A DNA stretch of 64,000 bases from Yuukianura sp. NJ FZ-2021 (lineage: Eukaryota), in the NCBI GenBank assembly GCA_046563655.1, contig CM102285.1:14694001-14758000 (forward strand), written 5' to 3'. The notes beneath the pieces are model-generated. The model saw only the letters and a program-made list of their open reading frames with translations. It made no database searches and was not told the DNA's origin. This document shows positions 26,111 to 37,600 of the stretch, one piece after another. How positions within the stretch are numbered: position 1 is the first letter of the stretch; each line of letters opens with the position of its first letter. The position numbers and the translations under genes are program-made.

Positions 26111-29100
26111 ATGGAAGGAGTACCGAGGATCCCGATGCTGTCGTTTTCTATTCGTCGAAGTGCGGATACTCCATCATTCAAAGGAAAACTTCAGAAGGTA
26201 CGTTGATTGTTGACGAAGGTCGAAGGTCATGAAATGTCAGAAAAGTTGCTAATGGTTTCCTTTGTTCTTCAGTTCATTGCCGTTCAGTATGGAGAAAGTC
26301 CAAATTCCTACAGTAAGGAGATTAACGAACTGGAATCGTTGAGGGCTGGAGCAATTCATGCGACGGCTGACTACAGTGGTTGTGCCACTCTCAAAAAGTA
26401 CTACTGCCAACTCCATTTCCTCAAATCACGGTTTCCACTCAACGAAGGGAGTCCAGTAGCCATTAACTTCTCGTGGTACGATATCTTTTCGGATCAGATC
26501 CACTCTTGGTCTGACATTGACTTTGAAGTGTCTTGTATCCTGTTCAATGTCGGAGCACTTCATTCCAAAGTTGCTGGAGCTGATTCTAGAACTACTGTTG
26601 ATGACATGAAGGTTCGTCACAACATTTTCCAGCATTTCTCATTCTCAACATGATGAAATTAACATACTTGATTGTTATTCTAGAACTGTGTAACACATTA
26701 TCAATGTGCTGCTTGGGCATTTGAGCATCTTCGGTCCAACTACGCTAAGTTCTTCACTCCCGATGTGTCTTCGGATCTTCTTGGACTCATGTCCAACATT
26801 TGCCTTGCCCAGGCTCAAGAATGTGTTGTTGAAAAGAGTCTAGTGGACAACCGCCGGTCAGTCATTACTGCTAAACTGCTTCTTCAAATTGTTGACTACT
26901 ATCAATTGGGACTAAAGACTGTTGACCTCTTGCTCAAAGATGCTAGTCACCACTCTGACAGAATGGTCAAAGCAGTACGGGTGAGTTCACTTTTCTAAAA
27001 CATTGAATGCTGATGCTTGTTGAGTACTTGTAAGCATCTTTGTTTTTTCAGAAATGGAAGAAGATGATTGAACTGAAGATTGCTTACTATTCGTCTCTGA
27101 CTTATCTGTACCGTGGTCAGCAAGCAGAAGATCAGAAGCAGTATGGAGAAAGAGTCACTTTCTACAAAGCAGCACAGGAGAAGATTGAACTTGCCTTAAA
27201 AATGTCCAAGACTTTTGAAAAGTCAGACGTAAGAGATGTTGTATTTTTGAAATGTTTGAATTTGTTGGTGTTTTGAGTTCGTTTTTGATGTTTTGAGTTG
27301 GTTTTTGGTTTAGGGTGTCCATGAAACTTTGAATTTTGTGTTGGATGTTGTTGTGGGGAAGGCTACAGCGGCTCAGAAGGACAACGAATTCATCTACCAC
27401 CAAAAAGTGCCAGCGATAGACGCAATTGGAGAAACCATCAAGGGAGTGGCCATAGTCAAACCGATTCCTTTGAAAGTCGATGATCCTTCGGGTGACATTT
27501 TTGCTCGTCTGGTGCCAATGGAAGCCCATGAAGCTTCGTCACTCTATTCAGAGGAAAAGGCAAAACTACTCAGATCCTACGCTGAGAAAATTGAAGACAA
27601 AAACATCGCCCTTCAAAAGTTTCTTCTGGCAATTCAGCTTGAAAGTCTTCAAATTCACGATGCGGAAAACAAATTACCGGAGGTGAGGTTCAGAAATTGA
27701 GAAAAACGAACTCTATTTAGATTTTTTGGGTTAATTTTTTTAATTTTCAGGAATTGGTTGATTGCTGTGCTGCGATGAATGGAAAACCGGATGCTGTTAA
27801 GAAATTGGTCGAATTGATGGGAACGCTTTCTACGATGTTTATGGATGTTGACGAAAAACTGGAAGATATCAAGAAAATATTTGAGGTAAAAGGATTAATT
27901 TCAAAATTTCAAAAATTTTTGAACTTCAACGTTGAAAAATCCCGTCCATTTTTTTTCGATTGACAGACACAAGCTGAGAAAGAAGCCGAACATGGTCGGG
28001 TATTTGGAAAACAGCCTCCATCTAACGTTTTTGTTGAACTTCGTCATGAATTTGAGAAATTTGACAAAGCACATTCACTTGCCAAGGGGTCAAACGAAAC
28101 GCTAAGAGAAGCGATTGGGGCTCACGTTAAGAATCTTCGGATTCTCATGAAACCACTTCCAGAACTTATAAAACTCATTCCAGCTCCACAGCCGATTGGT
28201 AAATATCTTCTTCAAGTTTTCAACTTTTTCAGAAATCTGTTTCAACTTGTTCAAATTTTTTTTAGGTGAGAGTGACAAAGAAGCGGTGGATGAAATGAAG
28301 CGACTGGCTGGTAAGGTTGACGAAATGCGGAAGCAGAGGATATCGCTGGAGAAGGACCTGAGAGAATCTGTGCAGCAGGACGACATTACACAAAGGGTGG
28401 TCGTAACTGCCGACGACGATGTCGAGGCGTTGTTTCGACAAGAGATTGCCAAACACAGTAAAATTGTGAGTGAAATTAATCGATTAATTGATGATTAATT
28501 GGTAATTAATCGATGATTAGTTTGTGATGATTGTTTTCATATATTTTTCAGACCCAAATTATCGACCAGAATTTGCTGGCCCAAGAGAATATCATGAGAG
28601 CTCTGACGGAAGCGAACGCTCGATACGCTGGGACGAGAGAAGTTACGATGAGAGAACTAGCAGAAAGGAATGCATTTGTGCAGAATCTGCTCACTTCGTA
28701 TGAAGCATATGATGAGCTGGTGGAAAAATGTACTGGCGGTATTGACTTCTACAAGAAATTGGAAGAAGGTGTTGGGAAACTGCATGGCAGAGTGAGAGGA
28801 ATTGCTAGAGTTCAGGATGAAGAAAGGGAAGCCAAGTTGAGTGCAATGCAGACAGTCTACGCCAGACAAGTTGCAGGTCCACCGACTACTCCCAGTATCC
28901 CACCGCTTTCGTCCATTCCGTCTCCTGCTGGACCTGTTAGTGGGCATCCCAAATTGAAGGACTACTTGGCAAGTCGCAGGATTGCGGGTGGAGCTCCAGC
29001 ATCAGCTCCAGTATCAAGTTATGCACCTTCGGCTCCCTTTCACGGTTCAGTGCTACCACATTACGGATCCCAAGCTGCGTCAACTACACCGAACATCGGA

Positions 29101-30642
29101 TCGCAAGCTGTGTCATCCACTCCAAACTATGGGTTGCAACCTGCTTCATCTACACCAAACTATGGACCGCAAGCCTCAACAACATCAAATTACGGATCAC
29201 AAGCTGCTTCGGCTACACCATATTACGGATCGCAAGCTGCATCAACTACACCGAATAACGGATCGCAAGCTGTGTCATCCACTCCAAACTATGGATCCCA
29301 ACCTTCTTCAACTATTACACCAAATTATGGATCGCAATCCTCAGCAACATCAAATTACGTATCGCAACCTGCTTCAACTATTACACCAAATTATGGATCG
29401 CAAGCCTCAGCAACAACATCAAATTACGGATCGCAAGCTGCTTCAACTATACCATACTACGGATCGCAAGCTGTTTCAGCTACACCATATTACGGAACGC
29501 AAGGTGCGTCAACTGCACCTAATAACGGATCGCAAGCTATGTCATCCACTCCAAACTATGGATCGCAAGCTGTATCATCCAGTCCAAACTATGGCTCGCA
29601 AGCTGTATCATCCACTCCAAACTATGGATCGCAAGCTGTACCATCCACTCCAAACTATGGATCGCAACCTGCTTCAAATACACCAAACTATGGATCGCAA
29701 GCCTCAGCAACCTCAAATTACGGAGCGCAAGCTGCGTTAACTACACCGAATAACGGATTGCAGGCTGTGTCATCTACTGTAAACTATGGATCGCAAAATG
29801 TTTCATCAACATCGGATTATGGATCGAAAGCTGCTTCAACTGCACCAAACTATGGATCGCAAGCTGCGTCAACTACACCTAATTACGGATCGCAACCTGC
29901 TCCAACTACAAACTATGGATCGCAAGCCTCAACAACATCGAATTACGGATCGCAAGCTGCTTCAGTTACACCAAATTACGTATCGCAGGCTGCGTCAGCT
30001 ACACCGAATAACGGACCGCAAGCTGTTTCATCCACTCCAAGCTATGGAACGCAAAATGTTTCATCAACACCGGATTTCGGATCGCAAGCTGCTTCAACTA
30101 CACCAAACTACGGATCGCAAGCCTCAACATCTTCAAATTACGACTCGCAGTCGCAAACAGCTTCTTTCATCCCAAATTACTACGGATCGCAAGGTTCATC
30201 CACTCCAGCTCATGGTTCACAGTCTGCGTCGTTCATACCAAACTACTACGGAGCACAAGCTACTGCCTCCAACGACTCTGAGCCAACCTCTTTCATCCCA
30301 AATTACTACCGGTCGCAACCTGCTTCAACCACACCAAACTATGGATCACAAGCCTCCACGACATCAAATTACGACACGCAATCAGTTTCTTTCATCCCAA
30401 ATTACTATGGATCGCAAACTTCTTCATCCGCTCCAGCTCATGGTTCGCAGTCTGCGTCGTTCATACCAAATGAGCCAGCCTCCTTCATCCCGAATTACTA
30501 CCGGTCGCAAGCTGCTTCCTTCACTCCAAACTACGCTTCACAAGTTTCTTCATCAACACCAAATTACACATCGCAAGCTCCGTCATCTACACCCAACTAC
30601 GACGCTCACCAGGCCTCAACTACACCAAATTTACTAGGTTGA
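26111..30642 (+). CDS. PTPN23: PTPN23/HD-PTP (myopic)-like BRO1 + ALIX V-domain protein with a long repetitive tail and no PTP domain
   Basis: N-terminal MEGVPRIPML (compare MEAVPRMPM of PTPN23), KKYYCQLHFLKSRFP, ILFNVGALHS, LAQAQECVVEKS, KDNEFIYHQKVP, DIFARLVPMEAHEASSLYSEEKAKLLR, DDIT, QENIMRAL, GIDFYKKL and PKLKDYL. Confidence 0.85.
29057..30630 (+). repeat. Coding tandem repeat, about 33-nt / 11-aa unit (STPNYGSQAxS), more than 40 degenerate copies
   Basis: Repeated acaccaaactatggatcgcaagct in the terminal exon, with the frame open throughout. Confidence 0.92.
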
Positions 30643-30794
30643 AATTTACACTTGATTGTACCTGAACAAAGGTTAACAAGGAACACATTTAAATTAATCC
30701 TCTCAGGTATTAACTAATTCCATGTTCAGTAAAATATTTTACACGCTTTAAACAAAAATCTACAAAAATTCTGCTCAAATTCTGTTGTTTTCTT

Positions 30795-31050
30795 GAAAGT
30801 TCTCTCTTCAGTTTCTGCGAATCTCCTCAGAAATTCTAAATTCCTAAAAACTCTTTCTTCACTTTCTGCAAATCTCCAGAAATTCTTTCCAATTTAAATT
30901 CTTTCCAATTTGTGAAATTCTCTTTACAGTTTCTGCAAATCTCAGAAATTCGTTTAGATTCCTGAAAATTCTCTCTCCAGTTTCTGCATATCTCCTCACA
31001 AATTATAAATTCCTAAAAATTCTCTCTTCGGTTTCTGTAAAGTTCAGAAT
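30795..31050. repeat. Degenerate tandem repeat of about 50-55 bp (about 5 copies)
   Basis: Recurring aaattctctcttcagtttctgcaaatctc..agaaatt. Confidence 0.7.
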
Positions 31051-31651
31051 TTTTTTTAAATTTCAAACAACATTTTTTAAACGTAGGTCTGGAATGAAGG
31101 GTGGAGTTGTTAAGTATGATGAAGTGTCTTATTCCCCTGCATGAGGTGAAACTGACTTTTCCGTGTGGAAGTCCCGTAGTTAACCCGCTTCTTGGCAAGT
31201 GGATCCTTGAATTCCATCCCCCACCTCCCCCTTACTTCAACAATTGACTTCAACAATGGATTTTGAGTACAAGAATCCCCAACTCTTCGTTTGTTGGATC
31301 CAAGAACCTCCAATCTTGTTCTCAGTCTCAATTGTCAGAAGGATCGAGAAACAAGTTAAGAACAAGACTATCAGTTGAGGTGGTGGTCTACTTCTTCCGT
31401 AAAGTGGAACTCTTCACACCTCTCCAAGTGCCTTACTCATAGCATTTGAAATTTTAGTCCTTTTGAAATTTTAGTCTTCTGAAATTTTAGTCTTTTTTGA
31501 AATTTTTAGTCTCCCAGCAGCTCCATGTATTTTGGAACTTAAAAAGCCGAGACACTTGCTGTCTGGAGTGAAAGTGTCAAAAACTAAAGTTTTTCGGGAT
31601 TTTTCCCCTTCGAGGAAACTTTTTGTGTGCGTGCGGCTTAACGCGGAAAAA

Positions 31652-34600
31652 ATGTTTCGCACGGTTTTTGTGACGCTGATTCTAGGCCACTTTTCCAATT
31701 TAGGTAAGGCTTTAATTAATTAAGTTTTAAATAATTAACTTAATTAAGTGTTTAACTTATTCTTAATTAATTAATTATAAGTATAATTATTGTGTATAAG
31801 CATCGGTGTTTGACATTTTAAAAGGAAGAGTGAACCTGCTTATTTCATGGGAGAATCTAGTGACCTGGATTTGAAAATTTTAATTCCTTTCTTCCGGATT
31901 TTGTACTTAAAAAAGTTTTTTCTACTCATTTTGAGAAAAAAATTGCACAAAAGAGACACTGTGTAAGTGAAGGTGCTTAAAAGTGTCACGGTCAAGGTGG
32001 TTCATTTGACATGGGAAAAATCCCTCAAGGTGGTATTACGCATGTGTCAGATTAAGGCTTAAGTGGATAAAAATATGTTCACTTTTAACACTAACTTTTA
32101 ATGTTAAAAGTTGAAATGTTAAAAGAAACTGAAATTGTAAGGATTTGCGTGATTTTTGTTTTACTTTTACAGAAGTAGCTTTCAGCAAAACAATTTTTGC
32201 AAAAGGTGAGGAAAAGTAAGCCAGCAGGCAGTTGGTCTAAATTCATCAAGTTTTTTTTCACTTCAAAGCTTAAACAACAGAAGGTTAAAAAAGTAGGATT
32301 TCAACTTCTGTAAAAACAAAAAATCACAATTCAATTCAACTTGATTTCATTTCCGTCTTTTTTCGAAATACAACCAATGAACTCTATTTACATTTTACAC
32401 GAACTACTTTAACTGTAATGCTAACTACAGTAAGTTTAGGACAACAAAATTCGAATTTTGAAACAAAAATTTCAAAAAACACATCAAATTCTAAGTTTCC
32501 GATTCTACTCAAAGTTTAATATATATTTTTTCGAAATTTCAAATTTCTTAAGTAGTTTCAACTTAAATAAACCACAAATTCATTCATAAAACTTTAACTT
32601 CATTCATAAAACTTTAACTTCATTCACAACTGGAGAAATTGAAATTCTGAGTTTCTTGATTTAAAATTTTCATCAAAAAAGTATGTGGCGTCGTCATTTT
32701 TTGACTTTTTTGTTTTTGCTTCTTTTTTTTTGATTTCGCAATTTTGACAACCACAATGAAGACATAAAGCGGCAGAAATAAAAGGATTTTGACAGTTTCT
32801 GTCGAAATTTTCGTTTTTTTTTCGTTTTATGTTGGATGTGGACACAAAACGGGATCCAGATGTGGACATGTTGTCAATTACGGGCGATGGCGGTTTGGTT
32901 TGAAGTAAAAAGTTAATGTTTTTTGTGGTGCTCTGCAATGCGCAACTAATAATTTTAAGGAGACGGTTCTGCGCATGTCTTTTGTGTATTACTAAAAAAT
33001 ATACGACAATTTCTGCTGTTACTTCATCCAGAACAAAACTGCTTCCTCAAACTGTAATTTGAGAAGACTTTTTTTTTGAAATTGTGAAAGCAAAAAGTAG
33101 AAAACTATCAATTTTTACTTTGCAACTTTGCCAATTTGAAAACTTATTCGCAGAAGCAGGAGATTCTCAACTTCCGTGATTCAGACGTGTTCAATTGTTC
33201 AAATCCGTGTCGTCTTTAGGAATAAGTGTTAACAATTGAATGGAATTCCAATTGGTTGACGTCACTTTTTAGTGTAGGAAGTTACAAAAAGCAGGTCATG
33301 CACTTCTTCAAAATGACACAATTTTTAACAATTCAAGTGTAACGAAAATGGAAAAACAATTTTTTAGAAAGTCAAATTCTTCGAATTTTGACAAAGTGAC
33401 AAAAGTGTGAAAGTTTTGCGTTTAAGGACGCCTACACACTGGTTTAACACGATGTCGTTTTTGCTTAATAGTCAAAACAAAAGACTTTTTTACGATTTGA
33501 AGCATGATGTGTAAAAGATGCAATTTAACTAATTGATAATTTAATTAACACCGTTTGAGTCATTGTTAAGCCCTGTGCAGACAAAAGAGAGAAAGTGGCG
33601 TAAAAACGTGAGTATTTTTAGGAAGTTTAGAGATTTTTGAGAGAGAAAGTTAAAAGGATTAGCTCATTAGTCATCTTCACTTGGATTAGACAATTGCACC
33701 TCTTTTAATTTAAATGATGAGTTAAAATTCAAAAAATGTTATGTTAACTTTAATTTCATGTAATGTTAGGTTGTGCATAATTAAGTTAGGTGTTGACGTT
33801 GATAACGGTGCTGCCCCGGGGCAATTCCTGGTGCATCTCGGTCACTTCATTTCAATTTTTGGTAATCCCTCTGACCGGATCGTAGCATTTCCCCTGCGGG
33901 GGTATCATGTAGGTAGTAATTGCAAAATTTTTATGCAAAAACTGACGCATTTTTACACAAATAAAAATTTTAGAACAATGATTTTAAAATTGAAAATTTG
34001 TAAAAATTATTATTGATTTGAAAACTGTAAAATTGTGGAGATATTTTTGGAAAGTGGAGCACCCAAGATGTCGGTCAGAACAAAATTAGGTTCGGATATG
34101 GATATTTCCTGGGAGAAACTGAGCAGATTCCTGTTCTTTCTCTAATGCCCTTTGTACTAACTGTACCCTTAAGGGTCAAGGAAAGTGTTCGTCTACTTAT
34201 GTTGAAGGGTCCATTGCTCCCTTGGAAAGTCCTTGAACATATTTCTGATGTTCAGACTTGGATACTTGAAGGTGTATACTTCTGTAATTTGGGAGATGCT
34301 TTTAGTAAGAATGCAGAAGATGAATAATACGAAGAGTCCCGTTACTTCATTTGCCCTCGGCCTCTCAAGCGTAGGCCTTAGCAGGACATAATCAACTGCT
34401 CAACTCAGATGATTAACACTACAGTTTCAGCTACACACAATTATAGCTACATCCAATCAAATCAACTAACAATAATAGCTACAACCAATCAAATCAACGC
34501 TAAGAAGAACTGACAACAATCGCTTGACGAATCAACTAAATAAATATCAAATTCATTAAACAAAAATTACCAATCAATACTCACTTTTTGCTTTTTACGG

Positions 34601-37600
34601 AACTAAATTCCTAATGCTGTTGGTGCAGTTGTCTATCAAGTCCCAATGTTACACCTGAGTAGAACAAACTAAAAATTGAAAAGATCTAAAAATCAAAATT
34701 ATTGCAAATGACGATGAAATTACAAAAATTGAAAAATTCAACCTTTTCCTACACAATTCAACTTGATTTTAAAATTTAAATTGAATTCTACCGTTCTAAA
34801 TGCCAAACCATCTTTCCTAAATTCTCAGAAGCTGTATAAAAAACAAACCAAAGTTTAAACAAAAATCTTCTTTTTTTAATTTGGCGTGTGAGAAGTTAAC
34901 ATGGAGTAGAAGTTGTATAAGTGTTTAATGGCTTTTGATATTTGGTGTGAAACGGTACTTAATTGACACTTGTCAAGAGTACCCGGCGGCTCCTTACAAC
35001 TTACTAACTGGACTCAACATGTCAATTCTGGAGGTTAATTGGATTCAATGTCCACTTCATATTGTTGAACATCCTGTACATTCTGTACATACAGCGTGTA
35101 CAACAATGTTAGGACAACAACGTGTAAATTGCGTAAACATTATAGTGGTATACATAGTGCATTTTAATTTACATGGTATGCTTAAATCCAATTGGACTTT
35201 GAGTTTATTTCGTGCTGTACTTCGTGTTAAACTCATCTTTTTCATTGTTAAGGACGTGTGCTAAGTAGACTGTGAAATTTGACAAACGCACAAGAACGTT
35301 GCACGTCGGCACAAAAAAAAATTGGGAACCAGCCTTAACCTTTAACAAAACTTTGGAAAATTACAAAAACTTCAGAAAAAAAGTTCTAATTTTTTTTTTC
35401 AAAATTTTTTAAAAACGTTTTTTTTTCAGTTTCTTCCTGTGGCTACCCTGGAGCTCCAGCACACTCGTCCTTAACTTTTTCAGCTCTTGAATTAAGTCCA
35501 GGCGTCGTCGCTACTTACGCATGCGAACGTGGATTTGAACTACTCGGACCTGCGCGAAGAGTCTGCCAAGAAGACGGGAAATGGGCACCAGAAGGCATTC
35601 CTTTCTGTGGTAAAATTCAAAATTTTTACATTCATTTCAAAAACATAAAATGATTTTTTAAATTAACAAAATTTGAATTCCAAATGACCTTATTGTTTAC
35701 ACTTGGAATTGGAAATTCATTGCGCCGTTAAATTATGAATCATCATAACTGCAATTTCCAAAGTTCAAAAGAAGACACAAATCTTTTTATTTTGCATAGT
35801 ATTATAACCTTAAGATGGTAAAGATAACAATAGAGTGTGATTGGGTAATTGCGGTAAAAAATTTAGCGGGAGTTTTGCTCATGCATTAATGTATGACAAA
35901 GTTCTGCAACATCCTGTACATTCCAAACTTGTTTCCACACACCCTGAACATTTAAAACACTCTCCAATCAATTTCCACTTTCCAACGGAAGAACTTAACA
36001 ACTTATCATCATCATCAGTCTTCCTCTTAACTTTTAAAAAGCTATGATTTTTAACGTATTAATATTTTCTAACATTACTCATACTGCTCAAATGTAATAA
36101 AAATGGGTGCAGTGTGTGCCGGTCTACACAGAGTGCGAATTGGCCCAACCCAAAACGGCTGTAACTTGTCGCACTTTCTCCAATTAAAAACTTCAGACGT
36201 CATAAAAAGTTCAACTTCCTCTACGGAATGCCAATGTGCAAAAAAAAGTGAAAAGTACGCAGTACGTCCCAAAAGTTTTATATTTTTACCACCATTTTTA
36301 CCATTTTTTACCACTGTTATTTTTTACCACTTTTGGCAAAATTAGTCCAAAAATGGGGAGGAGACTTTATGTCACTAACGCAAAGTTTGAAGTTGTCACC
36401 ATAACCATCATAACTGTAACATTATTTCTCATGAGTGCGCATGTGTTGATGGGTAACCACTTGTCAGAATGTGGTTACGTTACGTTAAAAACGTAACGCT
36501 TGAGTTGATTGATCATAATAATGTTAAAAAATAAACTGTAAAAGATGACTTTCACCTTTCAGAAATCCGTGGGAAGTTGAACTGCACCAATTTGTTAGAT
36601 TAAGTTGCGAATTAATTCGCAATGTCTTAGGTTTAGTGTCTCGTACCACCGTGTCTTAAGTTTTTCTTTACCGCATTGAGCGTTAAGGGAGGATGGTAGA
36701 CAAGTTCTTGGGAAATTGAAAATTTTGGCACCTTGACAAAGTTGGATCCCCGCTGCTACCTTTACAATTGTTATTGTTATACATTGTGTTTACCACCATA
36801 CTGTAATTTTTTGAGTACACCTCGTGTAGGTTAAGGGTGAATTTTTCTTTAGAGAGTTCAAAAAACCCAACATAGTCTCTCAAACCGATCTGCTCTAGTT
36901 CCTCTGACTCTCTTTTGTCTTAAACACCCATCGCACATCTTAAAAACATAACAGCATCAACATGAGTTAAGAAAAGGTCAAAATGTTTGCACTGGAACGG
37001 TTGCGTTAACAAAGTTGCGATTTTCTAAAGTTACCAGAATTTCGAGTTGCGACTTCTTGGTTGGTAGGTGTCCAGGCAACTTTGCAATGGGCAGGGATTT
37101 ATAAGTCTGCCTCCACGCTAGGATTGTTATTCGGTACCCTTAAGGCTTTTGATACCTCCACCTTGAATTCTGTATGATTCGGTTCGGTACCCATACGATT
37201 TATGGTATCTCTGCTATAAAAGCGGTATTATGGTACCCTTAAGGTTTATGGTACCTCCGCGATGACATCAGTATTGATTTCGTATCTTTACGGTATCGTA
37301 GCATGAGTTACGTCGATTTTCTGTTTCTTTTGGAGAAGTGAATGGAATTATTTATGAGGTTTCGGATTCTTTAACGGTACCAAACGGTAAAGGGGTGCAG
37401 AAAAGCTGCAATTAAATTCTAAACAGCCACTTATTGTCCTTCTTCAAGCTTCCGGTTTTTCAACAATCTTCATCTTACCTTCAAAAACTCAAAAAACCTG
37501 TTTGAACACAGTCATTTCCATTCGACCTAACTTGACCTTCCGCTTTTCCCTTTGCAATCGCAAAAACAAGATTTCAGTTGATTGTTGTCTCCTTCCTCTG

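Noticed and set aside
29057..30630. CRISPR-like periodicity
   Set aside because: A tandem coding repeat without unique spacers, inside a eukaryotic spliced gene, with no cas genes.
28982..30637. Long alternate-frame ORFs with MDRKL..LHQ repeats (252 and 283 aa)
   Set aside because: Shadow frames of the 33-nt coding repeat. The frame continuous with the BRO1/V domain is the real one.
31087..31440. Possible remnant PTP-domain exons downstream of the BRO1 gene
   Set aside because: The plus-strand translations I checked are short and show no PTP motifs. More likely UTR or intergenic sequence.
35252..35470. Apparent TTAA-flanked MITE (GGACGTGTGCT ... AGCACACTCGTCC)
   Set aside because: The right 'terminus' lies inside the CCP coding exon (AHSSL), so the inverted match is probably coincidental. 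Only the left end resembles the element at 22272.
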